Below, in pieces: positions 8,716 to 17,278 of a stretch of 64,000 bases of DNA (within the stretch, counting starts at the first letter, position 1; each line of letters begins with the position of its first letter). This DNA comes from an uncultured archaeon (GTDB lineage: Archaea > Hadarchaeota > Hadarchaeia > Hadarchaeales > WYZ-LMO6), in contig CALJER010000016.1 of NCBI GenBank assembly GCA_938074535.1, positions 7,816 through 71,815 of the forward strand, written 5' to 3'. The notes beneath the pieces are model-generated. The model saw only the letters and a list, made by a program, of their open reading frames with translations, searched no databases and was not told the DNA's origin. The position numbers and the translations under genes are program-made.

Positions 8716-9966
8716 ATGAGGATGCTCTACTTCTCCTTTGAGTATCCCCCCTTCTTCGTGGGTGGGCTCGGCACCTACGCCTACGAAATGGCCAGGCGCT
8801 TCGCCAGGAGGGGACACAGCGTGACGGTTTTCGCGAAGAACCCGGGCAACGTGCCCACCTCCGACCTGGAGGAGGGCGTGGAGGTACACAGGCCCATGAC
8901 GGTGGACGCTACGGACATCCTCCCCCTCATCGTTCCCGAGGACGTGAAGCGCTGGCCGTCCCATGCCCAGCAGTACTTCGCCGATGCCTTCATCTACAAC
9001 GTGCTTTCCTCCACCAAAGCCTGCAACCAGCTGGTGAAGGCGGACCAGAGGCAGTTTGACCTGATCGTGGCCCACGACTGGATTTCGGGGATAGCGGGGA
9101 TCACCTGCAAGAAGGATCTGAAGAGGCCCTTCGTCTTCCACCTCCACTCGGTGGAGGAAGGGAGGGTGGGTGACGGCTCACCCACCGTCAAAAGCTTGGA
9201 AAGGCTGGCGGCCAGAACGGCCGAGGCGGTCGTGACGGTGAGCTACAGCATGAGGGACCAGCTGATTTCCCTGGGGTACGAGGAGAGAAAAATAAGGGTG
9301 ATCTACAACGGTGTGGACGAGAAGAAGTACGATCCCTCGGCAGTGAAGGAGGAGGAGGTGCTCGGGCTGAGGGAGAGGCTGGGGGTGGGCACCGACCCCA
9401 TGATCCTCTTCGTGGGGAGGCTCTCCTGGGTGAAGGGGGCGGACACCCTGGTGAGGGCCATGCCCCTCATCTTGGCGGAGGTTCCCAACGCCAAGCTGGT
9501 TCTGCTGGGGAAGGGGGAGCAGGAGAAGATGCTCAGGGACCTGATCAGGCAGCTGGGGGTGGAGAAGAGCGTGGTGGCCGAGTTTCAGTACGTGAGCGAG
9601 CGGGAAAGGATTCTGCACTACGCGGCCGCCGACGTGGCGGTCTTTCCCTCCAAGTACGAGCCCTTCGGAATCGTGGCCACGGAGGCCATGAGCATGGGGA
9701 AGCCTGTGGTGGTGGGGGCCAAGGGGATCTCTGGCTTCAGGGAGCAGGTGATCCACCAAGGACCCGAGAGGTGCGGGGCGCACGTGAACCCGGAGGATCC
9801 CTATGACATCGCCAAGTTCACGGTGGAGCTCCTCAAGGACGAGAAGCTCAGGAGGGAACTGGGGAGGAACGCCAGGAAGCGCGTGCTGGAGAAGTTCACT
9901 TTTGACCAGGTGGCGGACAACACCCTGAAGCTCTACGAGGCGGTCCTCCAGAACCACTTCCAATGA
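8716..9966 (+). CDS. GT-B glycosyltransferase, glycogen/starch-synthase-like (GT4/GT5)
   Basis: Track ORF 8701..9966. ATG at 8716 follows GGTGGAGGG. YFSFEYPPFFVGGLG N-terminus and EPFGIVATEAM (E-x7-E) motif. Confidence 0.8.
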   Translation: MRMLYFSFEYPPFFVGGLGTYAYEMARRFARRGHSVTVFAKNPGNVPTSDLEEGVEVHRPMTVDATDILPLIVPEDVKRWPSHAQQYFADAFIYNVLSSTKACNQLVKADQRQFDLIVAHDWISGIAGITCKKDLKRPFVFHLHSVEEGRVGDGSPTVKSLERLAARTAEAVVTVSYSMRDQLISLGYEERKIRVIYNGVDEKKYDPSAVKEEEVLGLRERLGVGTDPMILFVGRLSWVKGADTLVRAMPLILAEVPNAKLVLLGKGEQEKMLRDLIRQLGVEKSVVAEFQYVSERERILHYAAADVAVFPSKYEPFGIVATEAMSMGKPVVVGAKGISGFREQVIHQGPERCGAHVNPEDPYDIAKFTVELLKDEKLRRELGRNARKRVLEKFTFDQVADNTLKLYEAVLQNHFQ

Positions 9967-10009
9967 CCCGCACCTATTTTTGAGGGGCTTCCCAGAGGTG
10001 AGGAGGGAT

Positions 10010-11170
10010 ATGAGAATAGCGATGCTCGCCTGGGAGTCCCTGCACTCCATCTGGATAGGAGGGCTGGGAGTGGTGGTGAGCAAGCTCTCGGCGGAGCTCC
10101 ACGAGAAGGGCCACGAGGTGCACCTCTTCACCCGATGGGTGGAGGGGCAGGAGGAGCACGAGGTGCTGGACGGAGTTTACTACCACCGCTGCAAGTTCGA
10201 TCCAGGTTTCGACCTCTTCTCCCTCACCCGGAACATGTCCCACGCCATGGTGGCTTCCATGAAGTGGGCGGAGGGGAGGGGGGGGAGGTTCGACCTGGTG
10301 CACGGTCACGACTGGCACGTGGTGGAGGCCCTCCACCTCCTAAGGCAGGAGGGGAGGCGTTTGGTCTTCACCTATCACTCCACCGAGTACGGCAGGAACG
10401 GGAACAGGTTCGGGGACTGGTGGGAGTTCAGGGAGATCTCGGGGAAGGAATGGTACGGGGGCTACCTGGCGGACATGGTGACCACGGTCTCGAACTACAT
10501 GAGGAAGGAGATATGCTGGCTGTACCGCCTCCCCGAGCAGAAGGTGGAGGTGGTCCCCAACGCCGTGGACGCTGAGGAGTTCAGGATGGAGGTGGACCCG
10601 GACAAGGTCAGGAAGGAGTACGGCCTCTCCGGGGGTCCCCTGGTGCTCTTCCCAGGCCGCTTGGAGTACCAGAAGGGTCCCGACCTCCTGGTGGAGGCCA
10701 TTCCCAGGGTGCTGGAGAGGAGGGGGGAGGCGAGGTTCGTGTTCACGGGCGCCGGCAGCATGAAGGAGGGGCTGGAGCGGAGGGTGAGGGAGCTTGGGAT
10801 AGGGCACGCCGTCAGGTTCGCGGGTTTTCTGCCTCTGCGGAAGTACATCGAGCTCCTGAACGCCTGCGATGTGGTGTGCATCCCCAGCCGGAACGAGCCC
10901 TTTGGCATCGTCCTGCTGGAGGCCTGGGCGGCGGGGAAGCCCGTGGTGGCGACGGAGGTGGGTGGGCTCAGCGAGAACATGGAAAACCTCGTGGAGGGGG
11001 TGAAGGTGCAGACCCAGCCGGAGTCGATAGCCTGGGGCATCAACTACCTGCTGGATTCCCCCTCGGAGAGGGAGAGAATGGTGAGGAACGCGCGGGAGAA
11101 GGTAAAAGGCTTTAGCTGGAAAAGGTCCGCCGAGAAGCTCCTGAGCGTGTACCGGAGGCTGCTGGACTGA
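10010..11170 (+). CDS. GT-B glycosyltransferase, paralog of the preceding gene
   Basis: Track ORF 9980..11170. ATG at 10010 follows GGTGAGGAGGG. MLAWESLHSIWIGGLG N-terminus and EPFGIVLLEAW motif. Confidence 0.8.
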   Translation: MRIAMLAWESLHSIWIGGLGVVVSKLSAELHEKGHEVHLFTRWVEGQEEHEVLDGVYYHRCKFDPGFDLFSLTRNMSHAMVASMKWAEGRGGRFDLVHGHDWHVVEALHLLRQEGRRLVFTYHSTEYGRNGNRFGDWWEFREISGKEWYGGYLADMVTTVSNYMRKEICWLYRLPEQKVEVVPNAVDAEEFRMEVDPDKVRKEYGLSGGPLVLFPGRLEYQKGPDLLVEAIPRVLERRGEARFVFTGAGSMKEGLERRVRELGIGHAVRFAGFLPLRKYIELLNACDVVCIPSRNEPFGIVLLEAWAAGKPVVATEVGGLSENMENLVEGVKVQTQPESIAWGINYLLDSPSERERMVRNAREKVKGFSWKRSAEKLLSVYRRLLD

Positions 11171-11173
11171 GCC

Positions 11174-11803
11174 TCAGAAAAAGTGTCCCTTTACGAACTC
11201 GAAGTTCCTCCTTATTCTCTCTTCCCCCCTCAGCACGTTGCCGTGGCCAGGCAGGAGGTACTGGAGGTGGAGGTCGGAAATCCTCTCCAGGGAAGCCAGC
11301 AGCTCCTCCGAGCTCCCGCCTGGGAAGTCCGTCCTCCCCACCCCACCCTCGAACACCAAATCCCCGCAGAGGAGGAGTCTAAGCCCGGCGTGGTAAAGGC
11401 TCACGCTTCCGGGGGAGTGGCCTGGGGTGTGCAGGACCAGCAGCTCCGTCTCCCCCCCACCCACCTTCTCCCCAAGGTAGGCGTCCACCTCGAACCTCGG
11501 CACTTCCATCCCAAAGTACCTCCCGAACTCCAGGCTGAACCTGAGGTGGTCCCCCTCCCCTCTGTGAATCATGATTTTGGCGCCGGAGAGTTCCTGGAGG
11601 GGGCGGTTGGCACCGCAGTGGTCAGGATGGCTGTGGGTGTTGACTATTATCTCTATCCCTTCCGGCTCCAAGCCGTCTTTCTTCATCTCCCTCAGGCGCC
11701 CCTCCAGGTATCTGGGGCTGCCCGGGTCCACTAGGATGGTCGGATCCCCCTCCACCACGTACATGTTGCAGTCCCCCAGGCCCCTCTCCGGGTACCAGTA
11801 CAC
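11174..11803 (-). CDS. MBL-fold metallo-hydrolase
   Basis: ORF track 209 aa, with THSHPDHCG (HxHxDH) and HTPGHSPG motifs. Confidence 0.85.
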   Translation of the reverse strand: MYWYPERGLGDCNMYVVEGDPTILVDPGSPRYLEGRLREMKKDGLEPEGIEIIVNTHSHPDHCGANRPLQELSGAKIMIHRGEGDHLRFSLEFGRYFGMEVPRFEVDAYLGEKVGGGETELLVLHTPGHSPGSVSLYHAGLRLLLCGDLVFEGGVGRTDFPGGSSEELLASLERISDLHLQYLLPGHGNVLRGEERIRRNFEFVKGHFF

Positions 11804-11825
11804 GTTCCTGACCAGCCTCAGCCTC

Positions 11826-12239
11826 TCACCCCAGCAGACCCTCCTGTTTCAGGATCCGGAAGGTGGTCCTGGTGAGCTCCGCCTCCCCCAGCTCCCCTTT
11901 CCCGAACCACCTCGCCTCCAGCACCTCCTTCCCCCTCCTCACCCCCCTGGAGAGGGGTTCCCCCCCGAAGCACACGGTCACGTAGTGGTACCTCAGGCGC
12001 CCCCTTCCATCCCTCTCCAGGAGGTCGTAAACCCCCACCAGCCTCTTTAGCCTCACCTTCACTCCCGTTTCCTCGTTCACTTCCCTCTTCGCCGCCCTCC
12101 ACACCTCCTCTCCGGGCTCCACCAGGCCTCCGGGCAGGGCCCACTTCCCCCTCTCCGGTTCGGTCCCCCTTCTCACCAGCAGCACCTTCCCACCCCTTTC
12201 CACCAGCACCGAGGCCCCCAGCCTGGGAAAGCCCTTCAT
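11826..12239 (-). CDS. NUDIX hydrolase
   Basis: C-terminal 137 aa of track ORF 11826..12728. The ATG at 12239 overlaps the cooC-like stop (ATGA). Nudix box GKWALPGGLVEPGEEVWRAAKREVNEETG. Confidence 0.85.
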   Translation of the reverse strand: MKGFPRLGASVLVERGGKVLLVRRGTEPERGKWALPGGLVEPGEEVWRAAKREVNEETGVKVRLKRLVGVYDLLERDGRGRLRYHYVTVCFGGEPLSRGVRRGKEVLEARWFGKGELGEAELTRTTFRILKQEGLLG

Positions 12240-13021
12240 GCGGCCTTCTCCTCCAGCACCCTGCTCAGTTCCACCATCTTCGAGAAGAACTCCTTCCCCT
12301 CCTCCAGGTCGAAGACGGACTTTCCCAGCAGCTCCGCCTTCACCACGGCCTCCTCGTGGGGGAGGACGGCCAGCACGGGCGTGCCCCCCTCCTCCAGTTT
12401 CTTCACCACCTCCTCGCCCCCCTCCCTGAACTTGTTCACCACCGAGAAAATCCTGGTTATCCCCAGGTCCGCACCCAGCTTCTTGATTTGCTTTGCCGCC
12501 TCCAGGGACTTGAGACTGGGCTCCACCACCACGAGCACCACCTCGGCCGTCCTGGTGGTCCCCCTCCCCAGGTGCTCCACCCCCGCCTCCATGTCCAGAA
12601 TCAGGACCTCCGCGAACCCGGAGAGGTAATCCACCAGCCTCCTGGCTAGGGCGTTGGCGGGGCAGAAGCATCCCTGTCCCCCCCTTCGGATCTTCCCCAC
12701 CACCAGGAGCCTCACCCCGTCCCTGCACCTGATGCCGAAGCGCTCCACTAGGTCATCCACCTTGGGGTTGAGCTTGAAGACCAGTCCGTACCCCTCCGGG
12801 GGGGCTCCGGTTCTCTCCTGGATGAGGGAGGACCTTTCCATGAGGGGAAGGAGCTTCTCTTCCGGCACTTCTCCCTCCGCCCCCAGCGTGAGGAGGAGGT
12901 TGGGGGAGGGATCCACGTCCAGGGCCACCACCCTCTTCCCCCTCCTTCCGAAGGCCCTGGCCAGCCCTGCCGCCAGGGTGGTCTTTCCCACCCCGCCTTT
13001 CCCCGTCACCGCTATCTTCAA
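12236..13021 (-). CDS. cooC: CooC-type nickel-binding P-loop ATPase (MinD/ParA superfamily maturation factor)
   Basis: ORF track 261 aa, TTG start. Deviant Walker A GKGGVGKT and the CxC motif GCFCPAN typical of CooC/AcsF. Confidence 0.75.
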   Translation of the reverse strand: MKIAVTGKGGVGKTTLAAGLARAFGRRGKRVVALDVDPSPNLLLTLGAEGEVPEEKLLPLMERSSLIQERTGAPPEGYGLVFKLNPKVDDLVERFGIRCRDGVRLLVVGKIRRGGQGCFCPANALARRLVDYLSGFAEVLILDMEAGVEHLGRGTTRTAEVVLVVVEPSLKSLEAAKQIKKLGADLGITRIFSVVNKFREGGEEVVKKLEEGGTPVLAVLPHEEAVVKAELLGKSVFDLEEGKEFFSKMVELSRVLEEKAA

Positions 13022-13082
13022 GTTCCCGCCTCTACTGAGAAAACTCGATAAGGTTAAAGTCCTCTCGGTTTAAGGGTTGGGG

Positions 13083-13493
13083 ATGGGGGAAAAGATCGCC
13101 AGGATAAGCATCACCCTCCCAGAGGAGCTCCTGCGTGAGCTGGACCGCTCTCTTAAGTCACAGGACTACGCCAGCCGCTCCGAGGCCATCAGGGACGCCG
13201 TCAGGGACTTCCTGGCGAACTACAAGTGGCGCAGCGAGCTGGAAGGCGAGTTCCTGGGAGTGGTGGTGATGGTCTACGATCACGAGGTGAGGGGCCTGAC
13301 GGAGGAGATTCTGGAGATACAGCACAGGAGCGAGGGGATCATCCGTTCCTCCCAGCACCTCCACCTGGACGAAAGGAACTGCATGGAGACCCTGCTGGTA
13401 AAGGGGACGGCGGAAGAGATCAGGAAGCTAGCGGACAGGCTCGGGGCCCTGCGCGGGGTCAAGCAGGTGAAGCTCGTGGTGGCGGGCACCTGA
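13083..13493 (+). CDS. nikR: Nickel-responsive regulator NikR (RHH plus ACT-like domain)
   Basis: Track ORF 13077..13493 (TTG); ATG at 13083. ISITLPEELLRELD...YASRSEAIRDAVRDFL is the ribbon-helix-helix. VVVMVYDHE...SQHLHLD is the metal-binding domain. Confidence 0.85.
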   Translation: MGEKIARISITLPEELLRELDRSLKSQDYASRSEAIRDAVRDFLANYKWRSELEGEFLGVVVMVYDHEVRGLTEEILEIQHRSEGIIRSSQHLHLDERNCMETLLVKGTAEEIRKLADRLGALRGVKQVKLVVAGT

Positions 13494-13495
13494 AG

Positions 13496-13618
13496 TCACT
13501 TGGCCCGCTTCCTGCTCATCTTCTTGAACTCCTCCCACTCCTTCAGGCTCTCGGACTTTTTCTTGGGGAGTTTCTCCTCTTCGATGGTGGCGTTTACTTC
13601 CGCTCCTCCGCAGGCCAT
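13496..13618 (-). CDS. Possible 40-aa Lys/Glu-rich small protein
   Basis: Internal ATG of track ORF 13496..13765 gives MACGGAEVNATIEEEKLPKKKSESLKEWEEFKKMSRKRAK. A TTTTATAT element (13647-13654, minus sense) lies about 30 nt upstream. No homology recognised. Confidence 0.2.
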   Translation of the reverse strand: MACGGAEVNATIEEEKLPKKKSESLKEWEEFKKMSRKRAK

Positions 13619-13661
13619 GGGACCACTCGTACGCTTCACCCTCCCGATATAAAAGGGTGGC

Positions 13662-14195
13662 TCAGGGCGGGGCCCTATCGAAGAAGGGGCTTTTTCCCGA
13701 GGCGGAGAGGGGAAGGGCAACCACCACATCGGCCTCCGCGAGGCCGGCCTTCCTCGCCGCCACACCCGCTGAGAACATCATTCTGTTGTCCACATTCAGG
13801 AGAGAGGCGGTCTTGGCTGCCGACCCCAGCGCTATCCCGAGGTTGAGGGCGTCCACCACGCAGATGGGCCCCGCGCACCCCCTCCCTTCCTTCTTCCCCC
13901 CCTTCCTCAGCCCTTCACAGCTGCTGCCGCAGGCCCCGCAGTTCAGGTCCAGGGGCTCGCCCACCAGTCCCACCAGCAGGACGGCTCCCGCCTCCCTCAC
14001 GCTCCTGGCGTCCCTGCGGAAGAACTCGTACTCTCCCGCCATCTCCTCCATTTTTTCCGCCAGTTTCTCCTTCTCCTCTCCGGTGAGCACCCTTATCCTT
14101 AGGTGGTCCCTTCCCCTGGCCTTGGGGGCGGTCCTGGCCGAGAGGGCCATGAGCCTGGCCACCTCCAGCAGGCCCTCCCTTTCCGTTCCTTCCAT
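13662..14195 (-). CDS. DUF2148 / ferredoxin-domain protein (COG4739-like)
   Basis: Internal ATG of track ORF 13662..14381 gives MEGTEREGLLEVARLMALSARTAPKARG... Also has a Cys cluster NCGACGSSCEG...GCAGPIC. Confidence 0.65.
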   Translation of the reverse strand: MEGTEREGLLEVARLMALSARTAPKARGRDHLRIRVLTGEEKEKLAEKMEEMAGEYEFFRRDARSVREAGAVLLVGLVGEPLDLNCGACGSSCEGLRKGGKKEGRGCAGPICVVDALNLGIALGSAAKTASLLNVDNRMMFSAGVAARKAGLAEADVVVALPLSASGKSPFFDRAPP

Positions 14196-14262
14196 CCTTC
14201 CCTCTCTGGGGTAGGGGGCTAAAAACGGTGCCCTTTTTTTCTTTCGAACCTGAAGGGAGGGG

Positions 14263-15102
14263 ATGAAGGCGGTGGCGGTGCTCCTGCTTCTCTTCCTGAG
14301 CGTGCAGCTCCTCGGCCTCCTAACGGGCGTGAGGTACCTTGAGCTGATGGAGAGCGGGGAAGCTGAACCCCTCTTCTCCAACCCCCAAAGTCCCTGGAAC
14401 TCCCTCTACCTCTTCGCCGCCCTCCTTCCCCTTACCCTCCTGGTGATCCTCCTCCTGAAGTTCAGGAGGAGGTGGTTCAGGGCGTTTGAGCTCACGGTGG
14501 TCTTCCTCTGCTGCTGGCTAACGTTGGACCTCCTGGTGGGATTCCAGCTGGGCTGGTTCTCCTCCGGTCTGCTGCTCTCCCTCCTCCTGGTGGGGTGGAG
14601 GGCGTACAGGCCCATCCACCTGAACAGGGATCTCGTTCTGGTCTTCTCCGCCGCAGGGGTGGGATCGGTGCTCGGCGTATCCATGGGTCTTGCTCCCGGC
14701 CTGCTTCTCCTGGCCCTCTTCTCCGCCTACGATTACTTCTCCGTCTTCATCAGCCGGCACATGGTTTTCATGGCCAAGAGACTGGTCCCTTCCTCCAGCT
14801 CCCTCCTCCTCTCCGTCCCCAAGGACCTGCGGGAGTTCCTGGAGGAGGGGAAACCTGAGAGAGTGGGGGGAGGGAGGGTCCTCTACCTGGGAGGCGGGGA
14901 TCTCATCCTTCCCCTGGTCTTCTCAGCCTCCGTCCTCTCCGCCGAGGGGCTTCCCAGCTCCCTCCTCGTCTCCCTCTCTTCCTCCCTTTTCCTCCTGCTC
15001 CTCCTGCTCCTCCTCTCCCGCAGGCCTGGAAGGATTCTGCCCGGTCTTCCCTTCCTTTCCGTCGGCTGTTTGCTGGGGTTCTTGCTCTCCCGCCTCTTGT
15101 AG
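14263..15102 (+). CDS. Presenilin/signal-peptide-peptidase-like intramembrane aspartyl protease (A22 family)
   Basis: ORF track 279 aa, polytopic. Catalytic-type motifs SAYDYFSV (YD) and LGGGDLILP (GxGD), plus a C-terminal PGLPFL (PAL-like). GGGAGGGG directly precedes the ATG. Confidence 0.7.
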   Translation: MKAVAVLLLLFLSVQLLGLLTGVRYLELMESGEAEPLFSNPQSPWNSLYLFAALLPLTLLVILLLKFRRRWFRAFELTVVFLCCWLTLDLLVGFQLGWFSSGLLLSLLLVGWRAYRPIHLNRDLVLVFSAAGVGSVLGVSMGLAPGLLLLALFSAYDYFSVFISRHMVFMAKRLVPSSSSLLLSVPKDLREFLEEGKPERVGGGRVLYLGGGDLILPLVFSASVLSAEGLPSSLLVSLSSSLFLLLLLLLLSRRPGRILPGLPFLSVGCLLGFLLSRLL

Positions 15103-15150
15103 GGGTTCCTACCGAAACGGATAAGGGAGAACCCGCTCATCTCCAGAGGT

Positions 15151-15873
15151 ATGAAGCCCATCTACGAGCCCAGGGAAGGAAGGAAGATGAGGATCCTGGT
15201 GCTCTTCTCGGGAGGGGCCAGCGCCCTGCCCTTCATGGTGGGAGGAGAAACGTACGAGGTGATAGGGGGGATCTCCTCCAGCGGAAGCGCCCCGGGCCTC
15301 TCCAGGTTCAGGTCCCTGGGGATACCGGCGGAGGCGGTGGACATCAAAGAGTTCTACGCCGGCAGACCCCTCAGGGACATGCGGGTGAGGGAGGAGTACG
15401 AGAAAAGGCTCCTTTCGGTGATGGAGGAGAGGGGATGGGAGCCGGATGTGGTCGCCTGCTCCGGCTACATGTACATCCTCACCCCAGCCTTCCTCAGGAG
15501 GTTCCCCCACCGCGTTCTGAACGTCCATCCCGCCGATCTCTCCATAGAGGAGGGGGGGAGGAGGAAGTACACGGGTTTGCACGCCGTGAGGGACCAGCTG
15601 GAGGCCGGAGAAAAGGTGACGAGGTCCACCGTGCACGTGATGATCGAAGAGGCGGACCAGGGCCCCATCCTGGTGATCTCTCCTCCCCTGCCGGTGGAGG
15701 GCAGGAGCCCGGAAGAGCAGCAGGAGCTGATGAAGGTGAAGTGTGACGGTCCAGCCTACAGGGAGGCCCTCCGCCTCCTTTCGGAGGGGAGGTTCGCGCT
15801 GGATGAGAGGGGAAGGGTTTATGTCAGGAAGAATGGTGAGTGGAGGGAGGGATACGTGAGGATGGAGGGATGA
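15151..15873 (+). CDS. purN: Phosphoribosylglycinamide formyltransferase-like protein (PurN family)
   Basis: ORF track 240 aa; the start may be ATG 15187 (MRILVLFSGG). VLNVHPADLS and TVHVMIEEADQGPIL motifs. Stop lies 1 nt before purD. Confidence 0.75.
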   Translation: MKPIYEPREGRKMRILVLFSGGASALPFMVGGETYEVIGGISSSGSAPGLSRFRSLGIPAEAVDIKEFYAGRPLRDMRVREEYEKRLLSVMEERGWEPDVVACSGYMYILTPAFLRRFPHRVLNVHPADLSIEEGGRRKYTGLHAVRDQLEAGEKVTRSTVHVMIEEADQGPILVISPPLPVEGRSPEEQQELMKVKCDGPAYREALRLLSEGRFALDERGRVYVRKNGEWREGYVRMEG

Positions 15874-15874
15874 G

Positions 15875-17278
15875 ATGGCGGTGGGCGTGCTCGGGGTGAG
15901 CTACGGCAGCAGGTTTGCCTGTTTGGCCGATACCCTCTGCCGGAGCTGGCACATGGTGAGGCTCTTCATAGCGGACAAACAGAGGAACCCCTACAACCTC
16001 AGGAAGGCCCAGGAGACGGGCGGGGAGCAGGTGGTCATCCCGGACCTGAATGTGCAGGACATCGTGAGGTTCGCGAAGAGGCACGCCAGGGAGATCTCCT
16101 TCGGTGTGCTGGGTCCGGAGGGTCCCGGCATGCAGGGGATAAGGGACGTGCTGGAAAGGGAGACCGGGATAAAGATGATTTGCCCCAGCCTGGAGTACTT
16201 CCTGGAGAAAAGCAAGGTGAGGCAAAGGAAGCTCCTGCAGGAGGTGGCTCCCGAGGCCAATCCCAGGTTCAGGGTCTTCGATCCGGCCGAAATCCCAAAG
16301 GACAGGGTGAAGGAGGAAGTCTACCGCTGGCTGGACGAGGTGGGGGAGAGGGTGGCCGTGAAGCCCGATGCCCCCGCCACCGGGAAGGGGGTGGGGGTAT
16401 GGGGGGACCACTTCAGAACCAAGGAGGAGATGTTCCGCGAGTACTTCCTCCCCTCCTTCTCCAGGGGACCCGTGATCGTGGAGGAAAAGCTGGAGGGGGA
16501 GGAGTTCTCCCTCCAGTTCCTCTCGGACGGGGAACACCTGGTTCCCACCCCCTGCGTGAGGGACTACAAGAGGGCCTTCGACTGGGACAAGGGGCCCAAC
16601 ACGGGCGGCATGGGCTCCTACAAGGATAAGGGGGAGCTCCTGCCCTTCATGGAGAGGGCCGACTGGGAAAAGGCCGTGGAAGTGGCGGAGCGCCTGCACC
16701 GCAGGCTGAAGGGGGAAGGAAGGAATCCGGGTCTGATGGGGGTGATGTACATGGGCTACATCCTCACCCGGGAGGGGGTGAAGGTCCTGGAAGTGAACAG
16801 CAGATGGGGGGACCCGGAGGTGATGAATCTGATGCCGCTGCTGGAGGACGACTTCGTGGAGGTATGCTTCCGCTGCTTGGATGGGGAGCTGAGGGCGATG
16901 AGGTTCAGGGAGAGGGCCAGTGTGGTGGTCTACGCGGTCCCCCTGGACTACGGAGGATACAGGAAGTACTCGGGGCCCAGGGTGGTGAGGATGGAGGAGG
17001 CGGAGGACCTGAAGAAGAAATACGGGGAGGACCTCAGGCTCTACCCTGGATCCCTGGAGATAAGGGAGAACGGCCAGCTATGGGCGCTGGGTTCCAGAAC
17101 CGTGGCGGCGGTGGGAATAGGGGAGGACCTGGAGAGGGCGAGGGAGATAGCGCTCGAGGCCGTGAGGAGGATCGACGGCCCTCTGAGGCACAGGGAGGAC
17201 GTGGCCCTGAGGGAGCACGTGGAGAGGAGCATCCTGCACGTGAGGGTCCTCAGGTCCTCAGCCCCCTCAAACACCTGA
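15875..17278 (+). CDS. purD: Phosphoribosylamine-glycine ligase
   Basis: ORF track 467 aa with an ATP-grasp core (VAVKPDAPATGKGVGVWG, EEKLEGEEFSLQFLSDG, NTGGMGSY). Confidence 0.88.
   Translation: MAVGVLGVSYGSRFACLADTLCRSWHMVRLFIADKQRNPYNLRKAQETGGEQVVIPDLNVQDIVRFAKRHAREISFGVLGPEGPGMQGIRDVLERETGIKMICPSLEYFLEKSKVRQRKLLQEVAPEANPRFRVFDPAEIPKDRVKEEVYRWLDEVGERVAVKPDAPATGKGVGVWGDHFRTKEEMFREYFLPSFSRGPVIVEEKLEGEEFSLQFLSDGEHLVPTPCVRDYKRAFDWDKGPNTGGMGSYKDKGELLPFMERADWEKAVEVAERLHRRLKGEGRNPGLMGVMYMGYILTREGVKVLEVNSRWGDPEVMNLMPLLEDDFVEVCFRCLDGELRAMRFRERASVVVYAVPLDYGGYRKYSGPRVVRMEEAEDLKKKYGEDLRLYPGSLEIRENGQLWALGSRTVAAVGIGEDLERAREIALEAVRRIDGPLRHREDVALREHVERSILHVRVLRSSAPSNT

Noticed and set aside
11826-12728. 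Long 300-aa version of the NUDIX ORF
   Set aside because: The N-terminal 163 aa are Gly/Arg-rich and fully overlap the cooC-like gene in another frame. The Nudix domain starts at the ATG at 12239, which overlaps the cooC stop.
13022-13082. Looked for a NikR operator palindrome in the cooC/nikR divergent region
   Set aside because: Only TATA-like elements (GGTTAAAG, GTTTAAGG) were visible. I found no convincing inverted repeat by eye, so no operator is claimed.
15824-16699. 291-aa minus-strand ORF
   Set aside because: Antisense to purD, with His/Pro/Gly/Leu-rich composition.
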